Below are positions 39,254 through 48,797 of a stretch of DNA of 64,000 nt, in pieces. This DNA comes from an uncultured bacterium. GTDB lineage: Bacteria > Patescibacteriota > Microgenomatia > Levybacterales > UBA12049. The notes beneath the pieces were generated by a model. It had not been told where the DNA came from and made no database searches. It saw only the letters and a program-made list of their open reading frames with translations. The number at the start of each line of letters is the position of its first letter. Within the stretch, counting starts at the first letter, position 1. The stretch lies in assembly GCA_963826535.1 (NCBI GenBank), contig CAWGXL010000010.1, positions 42,814-106,813 of the forward strand. The letters run 5' to 3'. The position numbers were made by a program, and so were the translations under genes.

Positions 39254-39282
39254 AGTATAAATATCTATACTTGAAAAGTCAA
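39254..39282 (-). promoter_or_regulatory. sigma70 promoter for the candidate ncRNA
   Basis: TTGACT-N17-TATACT, 6 nt before the hairpin 5' G. Confidence 0.7.
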
Positions 39283-39369
39283 GAATAATTAAACTCCATT
39301 GACAAAATATTCACACTTCTGTAATATCTTAACTACATTCAGACCCATGAACGTAGTCAAATATAGTTT

Positions 39370-40284
39370 ATGACAAAAGCACGAATAAAAGTAATTCCAA
39401 ATAAGTCCTTCGCCATCGCTAAGGATAAAAATCGTATTGAGCAGACAAAAGCATATAATTTTGTGGAATTTTCCCAAATTGCCGAATACAGAAAAGTTAA
39501 CCGAGAACTAATATTGACAGCCCTCCAATTTTTACCAAAAAATATTAAAAAGCTAACGCATGTTGATAATGGGACAGGGACTGGGCTTGTGCCACAACTT
39601 GCTGCGGAATTGTATCATGATCGTGGAATAGCAGCGACTATTATTGGTATAGATCCTGATCTTTATGCTTTAAAAAATTCCGGAGAATCTATGCGAAATT
39701 TTGAACATATAAATATTCTCATGATCCAGGGTTATGGACAGCATTTGGAAGAATTATTAAAAGAACATATTCCAAGTATTGGCGTAGATGTGGTCAGCAT
39801 ACATGACGCTATTCATGAAATACCCGGCCGCGATATTAAGCGCGCAATATTCGCGTCCCAAGCTAAAATACTCAAGCCGGGTGGAGTACAAACATATAAT
39901 AGTTCATTTACGACAATAGGAAATGCCGATGCGGCTTTCAAATGGGGAAGATGGAAGATGGACGCATTTGCTTATTTTAAAGAGAATAGAAATAGGAATA
40001 TTACAGCAATGGAAGTTTTTAGTCCCGAGGAGTATACTAAAATGATTACCGATAGCGGTTTGAAAATTGTTCACGAGGATGTAAAAACTGTTGTTCTTTC
40101 ACTTGATGCCCTGAAGGCGATTTCAAGATATCCTGAATACGTAAATGGCATATTTAGAGATATGGAAAATACTGAAAAATACACACTGCTCGAAAAAAGT
40201 AAAGTACTTATTGCAGTCTTGGAAAAAGAAGGCGTTACAGCCTTACCAAGACAGTGGCATGAAATAGTCGCGCAAAAACCCTGA
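39370..40284 (+). CDS. Class I SAM-dependent methyltransferase
   Basis: HVDNGTGTG, IIGIDPD, AIHE, ILKPGG. Confidence 0.8.
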   Translation: MTKARIKVIPNKSFAIAKDKNRIEQTKAYNFVEFSQIAEYRKVNRELILTALQFLPKNIKKLTHVDNGTGTGLVPQLAAELYHDRGIAATIIGIDPDLYALKNSGESMRNFEHINILMIQGYGQHLEELLKEHIPSIGVDVVSIHDAIHEIPGRDIKRAIFASQAKILKPGGVQTYNSSFTTIGNADAAFKWGRWKMDAFAYFKENRNRNITAMEVFSPEEYTKMITDSGLKIVHEDVKTVVLSLDALKAISRYPEYVNGIFRDMENTEKYTLLEKSKVLIAVLEKEGVTALPRQWHEIVAQKP

Positions 40285-40305
40285 AGTTCTTCTCAGAAAG
40301 TCTTT

Positions 40306-41196
40306 ATGTTAAATTCCAAACAAATGACTGCCAATGACCCTCTGATACATTTAAGAAATATACTTGAAAAAGATCCGGAGCTTTATTTTGGAAGAATTAA
40401 ACAACTTTTTCAATTATCTAAAGATTTTAATAAATATATTAAAAAATTTTCTGAATTGATTAATAATGGCTATGTACCTGTTATTTATTCCAACCACCAG
40501 AGTCATACAGATGGAGTAATTCTCTCTATTTTAATTGAAGAGATAAGAAAGCATCTGGCACCGGATCGGCTGAATGGATTTTTGTGTCCGGTAGCGGCTT
40601 CCATGGCGAGCGGTGATCAAAATGATAGAGTACAAGGAGGCACTTTTATATTCCAACCTATTTTTAACAGAATAGGTTTTATCCATGTTCCCATTATCCG
40701 CGAAGATGACAGGCGTAAATATGGTATGGAAGGTTCAAATAGGGAAGCTATAGAGAGATTAATCTACGCGCCTCGGGACAATTACGGCCTAGTAGTTTTC
40801 CCGGAAGGAACTGTTCAGGGAGGAAGAGCAGGTAAAGATGGGCGAATCAATGGTATGCAGCAAGTTGAAGGTGGAGGAATTTTATTGCGTTGTATCAGTT
40901 TCTGGAGGGATCAGGGCAAAAAGAGTGTTTTGCTCCCTGTCGGTATTGTAAATAGTTACCAGATTTTTAACCCTGACAGGTACGATTTGCCGAAGGCTTT
41001 AATGGAAATGATAGGAGGTGAAAGTAAAGTTTCACAACTTGTCAATGTAGTTGTAGGTGAGCCTATTACAAGTGATGAAATAAATCAAAACTTAGGAAAA
41101 ATGCTCGATCCAAAGAAACAGGAACACATAGATTATCTAATGAAAAAAATTGCCCTCCTTCTCCCCGTAGAAGCTCGTGGATATTATGGCGGCTAG
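40306..41196 (+). CDS. PlsC-type lysophospholipid acyltransferase
   Basis: SNHQSHTD (HX4D), VFPEGT, LLPVGI. Confidence 0.85.
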   Translation: MLNSKQMTANDPLIHLRNILEKDPELYFGRIKQLFQLSKDFNKYIKKFSELINNGYVPVIYSNHQSHTDGVILSILIEEIRKHLAPDRLNGFLCPVAASMASGDQNDRVQGGTFIFQPIFNRIGFIHVPIIREDDRRKYGMEGSNREAIERLIYAPRDNYGLVVFPEGTVQGGRAGKDGRINGMQQVEGGGILLRCISFWRDQGKKSVLLPVGIVNSYQIFNPDRYDLPKALMEMIGGESKVSQLVNVVVGEPITSDEINQNLGKMLDPKKQEHIDYLMKKIALLLPVEARGYYGG

Positions 41197-41963
41197 AGGT
41201 ACTCTTTGGCGACTACTTTTGCCATCTCATTTCGCACGAAAGCGTCTACATCTGAAAGCTTACCCTTAACCTCCGGTCTGTCGAGTAGCTCAGAGAGAGA
41301 AAAATAATTCCCAATATTAATTATATAAGTTTTACCAAAATTCATACCTCCTACTTCTTTTTTCTTGTAACTATTGGCGTTTTTTATAGCAAAACCGACA
41401 AGTAGAAATCCAAATTCCTTAACTCCTAAAGCTTGCAATGAAGCTATAAAATATCCAATAGGTTTTTGTTTGTCCTCCAGATCCAGCTTTTCTTTTCTGG
41501 AAGCGTTAATGGCCAGAGTAACTGATCCTCCCCGGCTGAGTACTTTACTGCTGGCGATTATAAATTCCCGTAGACCCTTGCCTTTTGTTAGATGTTCGTA
41601 CCCTTTCTTGGTAATCGTACTATTATTAACAATAGGAGAGAATGTTCCGTGGTAGAATTTTGCCATAAATTCCATGAATTTATTGAATTGATGATATGAA
41701 AGAGGATTGACAGCTTCTCTATTTCTAAGAACCGGAGCTCTAAAAATTATTGACCTGTTTACCTCCATAGCGTCGCGCAGGCTAAAGTGAGTAAAGATAA
41801 CAACGAGTCCTGCACCTGTTTTAGCGGCTAGACTTGCTTTTTTGAGCGCTTTTGTTTTATCGATAAAAATTCTTGGAAAGAATATACGAAGAAAAAAATC
41901 TGAAATTAATCTACCATATAACGACCAAAGAGGAATTTGTGCAATATTGGCACTGGGCTTCAT
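41193..41963 (-). CDS. Divergent PlsC-superfamily acyltransferase
   Basis: FTHFSLRD (HX4D); the PEGTR block is replaced by INASR; translationally coupled to fabG. Confidence 0.6.
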   Translation of the reverse strand: MKPSANIAQIPLWSLYGRLISDFFLRIFFPRIFIDKTKALKKASLAAKTGAGLVVIFTHFSLRDAMEVNRSIIFRAPVLRNREAVNPLSYHQFNKFMEFMAKFYHGTFSPIVNNSTITKKGYEHLTKGKGLREFIIASSKVLSRGGSVTLAINASRKEKLDLEDKQKPIGYFIASLQALGVKEFGFLLVGFAIKNANSYKKKEVGGMNFGKTYIINIGNYFSLSELLDRPEVKGKLSDVDAFVRNEMAKVVAKEYL

Positions 41964-42772
41964 TGTCTTTTTTTGTAGCCGGAACGCACTAATCCGGCAA
42001 TTCCTATTATCCCGCCATCCAACCCGCCGTCAATCGCAATAGCTTGTCCGGTAATATACGCAGCTTTGGAGCTTGCCAGGAATACAATCGCATTGGCAAT
42101 ATCTTCCGGCGTACCAAGTCTTCCCGCCGGTGTCGCGTCTATAAGCACTTCTTTCATTTCCTCACTGAGATCACTTGTCATATCGGTCTCAACAAAACCC
42201 GGTAGCACTGCATTCACGCGTATATTGCGTCTACCCAAATCAATCGCCGCTGAATGGGTGAGTCCTATGATACCAGCTTTGGCCGCAGCATAATTTGCCT
42301 GCCCGGTATTACCATAAACACCCACAATGCTGCTTATGTTAACAATTGCTCCTCCATCACTCCGGGAAAAGGAGCCGACTGATTCACGAATCATCAAATA
42401 AGCCGCTCTCAGGTTTGTATTCAGAACTTTATCCCAATCAAAAGCCGAGATTGCATTTATCGGCTTATCAACTTTCGCTCCTGCATTATTCACAACAATA
42501 TCAACTTTACCAAACGTACTGCGTGTTTTCTGAATAATTTTCTGTGGCGTTTCAGGATCTGTAATATCTCCTCCTATCCATATAGCCTGTGCCCCTAACT
42601 TTTTTATTTGAGAAACTACAGATTGAGCCGATGACTCGCTTTGCTCACGAGAGGTTATGACTATCCCCCTAGCTCCTTCTTGGGCAAATTTCCTGGCTGC
42701 TTCCGCGCCAATCCCCTTAGGACTGCTCGCTCCCGTGATGACTACAACTTTTCCACTAAATTCTTTTGTCAT
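41960..42772 (-). CDS. fabG: 3-oxoacyl-ACP reductase
   Basis: TGASSPKGIG, NNAG, GNTGQANYAAAKAG, PGFVETDMT, ITGQ..IDGG. Confidence 0.85.
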   Translation of the reverse strand: MTKEFSGKVVVITGASSPKGIGAEAARKFAQEGARGIVITSREQSESSAQSVVSQIKKLGAQAIWIGGDITDPETPQKIIQKTRSTFGKVDIVVNNAGAKVDKPINAISAFDWDKVLNTNLRAAYLMIRESVGSFSRSDGGAIVNISSIVGVYGNTGQANYAAAKAGIIGLTHSAAIDLGRRNIRVNAVLPGFVETDMTSDLSEEMKEVLIDATPAGRLGTPEDIANAIVFLASSKAAYITGQAIAIDGGLDGGIIGIAGLVRSGYKKRQ

Positions 42773-42858
42773 TTTTGTTCCGCCAGCTGGCGGATTGATA
42801 TTTATTGTTGTGATGAGACTATAGCAATTAACAGTATTACTGTCAATATTTTAGAGGT

Positions 42859-43326
42859 TCACAATTTTGTATTTTCAAAATTCTGTCCCAAGTTAATAGC
42901 AGTAGTTGAATTATATTGTACTTTGTAATCCCTTGAAGTATAAGACCTAGGTAAGCTATTAACACGAATAGCTTCAGCTTTAGCTTCACGTTCTTCCATT
43001 TTAAATCCTATTGCAAATGCTATTCCACCAGCAATTAGTAAGGCCAGTTCAAGCTTTCTTCTATAAGAAAATAAATGATATGTCTGATCATTTCTACTTT
43101 CAACTCTTGTCCAGAATTCACTCTCTCGATTTTCTACCTCGGTGGGGGGAGGAAATACTTGTTGTATACCCCCTGCTGCTGTCGCTCTTCTATTTATTAA
43201 GTCAACCCCAGCATCTACAACAGCTCCAGTAACTAATATGCAGCCTGCAAAAATAGGTGCTAAATAACCTTTCTGTTCTCTTGCGCTAAGCTTATCTACC
43301 CTATATGGTCTTTCCTCTTTTGACAT
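42859..43326 (-). CDS. Orphan two-TM membrane protein (shared-promoter family)
   Basis: Two hydrophobic segments flanking IQQVFPPP; conserved upstream module. Confidence 0.65.
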   Translation of the reverse strand: MSKEERPYRVDKLSAREQKGYLAPIFAGCILVTGAVVDAGVDLINRRATAAGGIQQVFPPPTEVENRESEFWTRVESRNDQTYHLFSYRRKLELALLIAGGIAFAIGFKMEEREAKAEAIRVNSLPRSYTSRDYKVQYNSTTAINLGQNFENTKL

Positions 43327-43371
43327 AGACGCAATTATACTATGTTTTATAAGTTTATCAACAACCCATAG
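43327..43371 (-). promoter_or_regulatory. Conserved promoter module, copy 1 (leaderless)
   Basis: CTATGGGTTGTTGATA-N16-TATAAT-TGCGTCT-ATG. Confidence 0.7.
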
Positions 43372-43493
43372 TAATTATTTAAGATAAAACTCTCTTTTTT
43401 TGCAAGTTTTAATACTTTTGAGAGGAAAGTCAGAAAAACAATTGGCCGGCTTTTGATGTATTATGAAATCAATGGAGCTTTAGAATTTTATAG

Positions 43494-43931
43494 CTATTCA
43501 TCATTTCTATGTCTTCTTTCTGACTCATCATCAAGCCATTTCAAAGCTGTTATCATCATTGCAAAACCAGAAACCTTAAGGATGCCATCAATCCATTCTC
43601 CATTAGGATGCTCCATCTTATATCTTTCATCAACTTTAGCTTGGAAATTTTTTTCCTGCACGCTTATCTCTAAAGCCTCCCGTACTTTTTCTAGGTCATT
43701 TAGTTTACTCTCCGGCTCCATAACATGCACATCATTGGCAAATGCTCGTGCGTTCTCAGAGGGTCGAGGAACTACTTGTTGTAGTCTTGTTGATATTAAA
43801 TTTCTGTCACGCCAGCTATCTAGTGGGCCAGCAACAGCTACTACAACGCCTGCGACAAAAGTTTTTAAAATTCTCCTCCTACCTGGAGATGGAAGTTCAT
43901 CTGGTCTAGGTAAATTTGCTTCTGGAGTCAT
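43494..43931 (-). CDS. Orphan two-TM membrane protein (shared-promoter family)
   Basis: RRRILK then TM helix, LQQVVPRP, C-terminal TM helix. Confidence 0.65.
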   Translation of the reverse strand: MTPEANLPRPDELPSPGRRRILKTFVAGVVVAVAGPLDSWRDRNLISTRLQQVVPRPSENARAFANDVHVMEPESKLNDLEKVREALEISVQEKNFQAKVDERYKMEHPNGEWIDGILKVSGFAMMITALKWLDDESERRHRNDE

Positions 43932-43976
43932 AAACGCAATTATACTATATTTAACAAATATATCAACAACCTATAG
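43932..43976 (-). promoter_or_regulatory. Conserved promoter module, copy 2 (leaderless)
   Basis: CTATAGGTTGTTGATA-N16-TATAAT-TGCGTTT-ATG. Confidence 0.7.
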
Positions 43977-44034
43977 TAAAATAAAGTATTTATTACTATA
44001 GGTTTGCAGTTGCTTATGTCACTATGGTATAATT

Positions 44035-44877
44035 GTGACCATGACAAGGGTAAGTGAAGCGCGGAGTGGTCCTTTTGATGTAAACTTGTTAAAGAAGGTA
44101 TTAAGTGAATTGGGATATAAGTTTTATTACTATCCCAAAACAGACAGCACTATGAAAACAATAGAAGAACGTACTTTAGCAGGGGCAAGCGGAGCCATAG
44201 TTGCCTTAACCGATCACCAAACAGTAGGGGTTGGACGGGAAGGTCGCAAATGGCTGGACAGTCCGAATTGTTCGCTTTTGTTTAGCGTTTTATATCAGAT
44301 CCCGCAATCGGCTGTAGCCGCTTTTGCCGACTTAGTCGCTCTGACAATATGCCAAGCTCTAAGAAGTGAGACAGGCACCCCAATACAAATTAAATATCCC
44401 AATGATTTAGTAGTTGAAGACAAAAAATTTGGGGGAATTCTGGTTAAAAATATTTACAATGAAAAACTTCATTACTTAGGCACCAATGTGGGTATAGGCT
44501 TAAACGTTCACTATACACTAGAAGAATTAGACAACTTCCCGACTGATTATCCGGCAACATCACTGGATGTTTTTACGAAATCTTTTGTCTCAAGACAGGA
44601 TCTGTTAATTGAGATATTGCGGTCATTACGTTTTTTAAGCACAGAAGTTAAAGTTTTTGAGGCAAATTCCAATGCATTAGAATCTTTTGAGAAAATATGG
44701 AAGGAAGCATCAAGTATTTTAGGAAGAAAGGTTTCTATTTCAAAGCATGATCAGAAAGTCGCGGAAGGGTTAGTCGTAAATACAGGTATAGGTAAAGGAA
44801 TTGAGTTGCAAACAAAGAAAGAGAAAGTTTGGTTCTCATTATATGGGACAGATATGAAAGCGAGGATCATAAATTAA
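44035..44877 (+). CDS. birA: Biotin-protein ligase (no HTH)
   Basis: DST, HQTVGVGREGRKW, IKYPNDL, KFGGIL, GIGLNV. Confidence 0.9.
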   Translation: MTMTRVSEARSGPFDVNLLKKVLSELGYKFYYYPKTDSTMKTIEERTLAGASGAIVALTDHQTVGVGREGRKWLDSPNCSLLFSVLYQIPQSAVAAFADLVALTICQALRSETGTPIQIKYPNDLVVEDKKFGGILVKNIYNEKLHYLGTNVGIGLNVHYTLEELDNFPTDYPATSLDVFTKSFVSRQDLLIEILRSLRFLSTEVKVFEANSNALESFEKIWKEASSILGRKVSISKHDQKVAEGLVVNTGIGKGIELQTKKEKVWFSLYGTDMKARIIN

Positions 44878-44878
44878 T

Positions 44879-45442
44879 ATGTCAACAAAAAAGACACAAG
44901 AAAAGTTTATACCAAGAGTCAGCCCGTCTGATGTATATCCGCAAGTTGGAGAGGCGGCTGAAAAGCTAAAAGCGGTCATTCCTGTTTTTGGTGAGGAATT
45001 AATAAATGCCGTGATAAGCGCTATTACTACAGGACAAGTGCGTCATGGAGAATTGGAGCTAACAAGTCTCACAGAGCCCAAGCAAAAAGTGAAAGTTGCT
45101 TTCGACAATCCTATTGGTACGAAGGATATAAAAGTTGCTCTGAGAGGAGATTGGCGCCAAGTTACGGATATTTCGCTAGACAACCCTTTATACAGCCCAG
45201 TAAAGGGCATAGTTTATCGTAAGCGGGCTCCGGCTGATGAACAGCCTATCGCAGAAGAGGGACAAGTTATTGAGCCGGATGGTGCAATATGCGCTATTTC
45301 TCAAACAAAAAGTAATATTTGGTATTTACAGTTACCCGTGGATAAATTCCCCAAAGGTGGAATACTTACAAAATTCGTCATCTCCGATGGTAAGGAAGTA
45401 GAAAAGGGCGGAACGATTTGTTATGTCAAAAAGATTGAATAG
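44879..45442 (+). CDS. accB: Biotin carboxyl carrier protein-like protein, non-canonical motif
   Basis: SPVKGIVYR..AP....EEGQVI...AICAISQTKS...G.L.KFVISDGKEVEKG follows the BCCP biotinyl domain; EAMKM is replaced by SQTKS. Confidence 0.72.
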   Translation: MSTKKTQEKFIPRVSPSDVYPQVGEAAEKLKAVIPVFGEELINAVISAITTGQVRHGELELTSLTEPKQKVKVAFDNPIGTKDIKVALRGDWRQVTDISLDNPLYSPVKGIVYRKRAPADEQPIAEEGQVIEPDGAICAISQTKSNIWYLQLPVDKFPKGGILTKFVISDGKEVEKGGTICYVKKIE

Positions 45443-45449
45443 TATTTCT

Positions 45450-45559
45450 TGTCATTCCGAGCGGACCCCGCTCAGCGGGGGGAGTCGAGGAATCTCATGT
45501 CACTGATTTACAAGAGAAATAAAGTGGTATGGGATCCCTCCACTTCGGTCGGGATGACA
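45450..45559 (+). repeat. Palindromic element family A, copy 3, with nested CCCCGCTCAGCGGGG
   Basis: TGTCATTCCGAGCGGA-ccccgctcagcgggg-GGAGTCGAGGAATCTC...GGGATCCCTCCACTTCGGTCGGGATGACA. Confidence 0.9.
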
Positions 45560-45581
45560 GAGAAAGTTTAGTAAGTAAATT

Positions 45582-48500
45582 ATGACCATCAAAAAACTAT
45601 TCATTGCCAATCGCGGAGAAATCGCTGTTCGCGCCGCACGTGCTTGTGAAAAAAGAAAAATACAAGCTGTTATCCCTTACTCCTTTTCCGATAGTCAATC
45701 GCTGGCTACAAGAATTGCAGACCGCAATAGTGATAAAGGTTGGGAGCTGGCAGTACTTGGCGGCGTGAGTTCCGAAGAAACTTATGCTAATCCGAAAAAG
45801 ATGCTCCAAACAGCCCTATTACATCGTTGTGATGCAATCTTTCTAGGTTATGGATTCCTTTCCGAAAACGCGGAATTTGTACGCGCATGTGAAACAGCAG
45901 GACTGAAGGTGCTTTCGACTTCACCTACTAGCATGGAAATGGTAGGGAATAAGATTTCGGCGCGTGAAATCGCCAAAAAAATTAAAATCGGCGCTTTTGC
46001 TACGATCCCTATTCTGCAAGGTTCAGGAAATCTACAGACTTTTGAAGAAACAGTAAAAGCCGCACAGGATTTGGGATTCCCTGTGATGATGAAAGACCCG
46101 GATAAAGGCGGGGGAATGGGAAATATTGTTGCCAACAATGAAGCTGAATTGCAGCAAGCATACACAACTCTTAGAATGAACAGAAGTAATACCGGACTTT
46201 TTTTGGAGCGGTATATCCGGCGCGCTGTACATGTTGAAGTTCAAATTTTGGCAGATACTCATGGCAATGTAGTCCATTTAGGTGAGCGCGATTGTACCAT
46301 GCAGAGATTGAGTCAAAAACTTGTCGAAGAATCGCCGAGTCCGCACATTTCAAAGCATATCCGTGAGATTATCCAGTCCACGTCAGTGGATTTCGCCAAA
46401 CATGTGGGCTATCGTGGCGCGGGCACGTGGGAATTTATTGTTGATTTAGATAAAAAGGGAAGACACGGCCCCGCCTGGTATTTTATGGAAGTAAATCCAA
46501 GAATTCAGGTTGAACATGGAGTGACAGAGCAGCAAACAGGAATTGATATAGTGAACACCATGATTGATATTGCCGAAGGAAAAAAATTACCCTTCACTCA
46601 AGACCAAATAAAACCGGAGGGGCATACAATTGAAGTCAGGGTTTATGCGGAAAAACCCGAGGAGGGATTTAAACAAAGCTTTGGACGCCTTGAAGTTCTC
46701 AAATACCCCACCCTAAAAGGCGTACGTATAGACAAAGGTTGTGAGCAAGGCGATGAGATCTCTCCTTGGTTTGATCCCACAATCTGTAAACTTATTGCCC
46801 ACGGCACGACAAGAGAAGAAGCCAGACACCGCCTGTCTCTGGCGCTTTTAAATCTTGATATTGTCGGTGTACAAAATAACCGCGATTTTCTTATGGAACT
46901 TTTGAACACTGAAGAATTTAGGGGCGCGTCAGCAACAACTTCATTTGTGGAAATCTGGTGGCAAAAACAATTACAAGTGAAAATCTATGCGCTAGGTGGA
47001 CTTGTCAAAAGAGGTACATTTACCCCTCAACCAAGTAGGCGTACCTTTAAACCGATGCTTCTTCCTCAACAAGTTAGTGTTCCCTCCCGCAAGTCTTCGG
47101 ATCTTGTTTCGTATAGTCAATATTATGAATTGCAGCAAACAAAATCAGGTCAGAACTCCGCCGCGGAATTTGGTATTGCTGAACGTGACGGTATACAATT
47201 TGTTCTATATGAGTTGGATGATAGATTCGCAGCAGGGACACTTGGAGTCGCTGAAGGAATTGCCTTTGTTGACGCATGCCGCCTTGCCAATACAAATAAT
47301 CTTCCTTTAGTAACTATTTCGCGTTCAGGCGGAGCACGGCAACATGAGAATACTATGTCTCTATTCCAAATGGGCGCGACTATCAATGCTCTAAATAAAT
47401 ACCCGCCCCTTTTCCATATAAATATTTATTCGGGCGGCGTCTATGGCGGTGTACCTGCAAGTTTTGCCGGAGTCGCGGATATTCAAATTGCCGTGAATGT
47501 CAAAGAAACGAAAATCGGCTTCACCGGTCCTTATATTACGGCAAAAACTCTGGGAAAACAGCCAAAAAGTTTTTCTGCCTCTGATTCATATCAGGAATTG
47601 CCCGAGGGAACTCATACTCCTCTTCACGCGTTTCAAACAAGAAACATAGATATTTTAGCTGCAAGTCTTGAAGAAGCATCTGACAAAATAACTCATCTTT
47701 TACATATTTTGAAAATACCTTCAACTGTCACTGATCCGAATAAAGTCTTTGCCGTTTACGAGCATATTGGATTCCAGCAAATGCCTGGTACAGGGCAACG
47801 ATTTGACCGTCCGGGTATTGGTGTATTTGTTTGGCTTCGTAATAAAATTGGCAGTCTATTGTGGAAACAGCATAAGCCTGTTGCCAATGGTAATAAGAAT
47901 TCAAATTCTTATCCTCCATTATCAATTACCAACAGGAGAAAAGTTCTTATGCATGTTAATCGGCCAACAGCCGCAGATCTGATTGATAAAAATGCTGGGA
48001 TTTTCGATGACACTATTGCGCTTACTTCTGTATTACATATAGATGGCGCCGAACAATACCCTCCTATAATTGCCGCCGTTGCGAAACTCGGCGATAGGAC
48101 AGTATTTATTCTAGGGCAACAAACCCAAAGGGTTATTGATGAAAAATCTGGAAAAAAAGTTAAAGTTTATGATCCCCAAAAACCCGCTGATTGGGAATAT
48201 ACAGAGCGTATGATCGCTATTGCAGACAGGCTACATCTTCCTATTATTCTCATCGGTGATACGCTTGGAGCTGATTGTTTGCCTGATTCGGAAGACCGCA
48301 ATCAATCGCATAAGATTGCGCACGTTATTAAAGCCCTTGATAGTTACCCTTATCCTGTAATTAGTGTTAATATTGGTTTCAAAGGTAGCGGCGGAGGAGA
48401 AACATTTATCCGCCCCTTTGATGCTGCTGCTGATTTTGAAAACAGTTTAAGTTTTGTTTCTGATCCTATGGTCCAATATTGGATTTTGACCGGTAGATGG

Positions 48501-48797
48501 ATTGACAAGTCGTCAACGCCAGAATCTCAACAGGAACTATCACGTTTTATTGAACAACTAAAAGATTCAACAGCCCAAACCCGCTTACATACACATCAAA
48601 TTGATGCTATTATTCGGGAAGGGAAAGGCGGCGCTCATGTTGACCCGACAATTATTATAGCTAATTTAAGACCATGGATTAAGAAACAATTATCTCAACT
48701 TGAGAAATATTCATCCGTTGATCTTCTTAATCGCCGTCATGAACGAATAGAGCGCACGAATAACACAGTCACTGTTGAAGCATCAAATTTGTTATGA
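45582..48797 (+). CDS. Single-chain acyl-CoA carboxylase: biotin carboxylase + carboxyltransferase beta + carboxyltransferase alpha
   Basis: BC: IANRGEIA, GYGFLSEN, ERDC.MQR..QK, FMEVNPRIQVEH. CT-beta: FAAGTLG..EG, SGGARQHE, GGVPASFA, IGFTGP. CT-alpha: RPT..D.I, LPIILIGDTLGA, GSGG, ID.II.E..GGAH. Confidence 0.88.
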   Translation: MTIKKLFIANRGEIAVRAARACEKRKIQAVIPYSFSDSQSLATRIADRNSDKGWELAVLGGVSSEETYANPKKMLQTALLHRCDAIFLGYGFLSENAEFVRACETAGLKVLSTSPTSMEMVGNKISAREIAKKIKIGAFATIPILQGSGNLQTFEETVKAAQDLGFPVMMKDPDKGGGMGNIVANNEAELQQAYTTLRMNRSNTGLFLERYIRRAVHVEVQILADTHGNVVHLGERDCTMQRLSQKLVEESPSPHISKHIREIIQSTSVDFAKHVGYRGAGTWEFIVDLDKKGRHGPAWYFMEVNPRIQVEHGVTEQQTGIDIVNTMIDIAEGKKLPFTQDQIKPEGHTIEVRVYAEKPEEGFKQSFGRLEVLKYPTLKGVRIDKGCEQGDEISPWFDPTICKLIAHGTTREEARHRLSLALLNLDIVGVQNNRDFLMELLNTEEFRGASATTSFVEIWWQKQLQVKIYALGGLVKRGTFTPQPSRRTFKPMLLPQQVSVPSRKSSDLVSYSQYYELQQTKSGQNSAAEFGIAERDGIQFVLYELDDRFAAGTLGVAEGIAFVDACRLANTNNLPLVTISRSGGARQHENTMSLFQMGATINALNKYPPLFHINIYSGGVYGGVPASFAGVADIQIAVNVKETKIGFTGPYITAKTLGKQPKSFSASDSYQELPEGTHTPLHAFQTRNIDILAASLEEASDKITHLLHILKIPSTVTDPNKVFAVYEHIGFQQMPGTGQRFDRPGIGVFVWLRNKIGSLLWKQHKPVANGNKNSNSYPPLSITNRRKVLMHVNRPTAADLIDKNAGIFDDTIALTSVLHIDGAEQYPPIIAAVAKLGDRTVFILGQQTQRVIDEKSGKKVKVYDPQKPADWEYTERMIAIADRLHLPIILIGDTLGADCLPDSEDRNQSHKIAHVIKALDSYPYPVISVNIGFKGSGGGETFIRPFDAAADFENSLSFVSDPMVQYWILTGRWIDKSSTPESQQELSRFIEQLKDSTAQTRLHTHQIDAIIREGKGGAHVDPTIIIANLRPWIKKQLSQLEKYSSVDLLNRRHERIERTNNTVTVEASNLL

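Noticed and set aside
43453-44001. 182-aa plus-strand ORF and other antisense ORFs inside long genes
   Set aside because: Shadow frames of better-supported genes on the opposite strand
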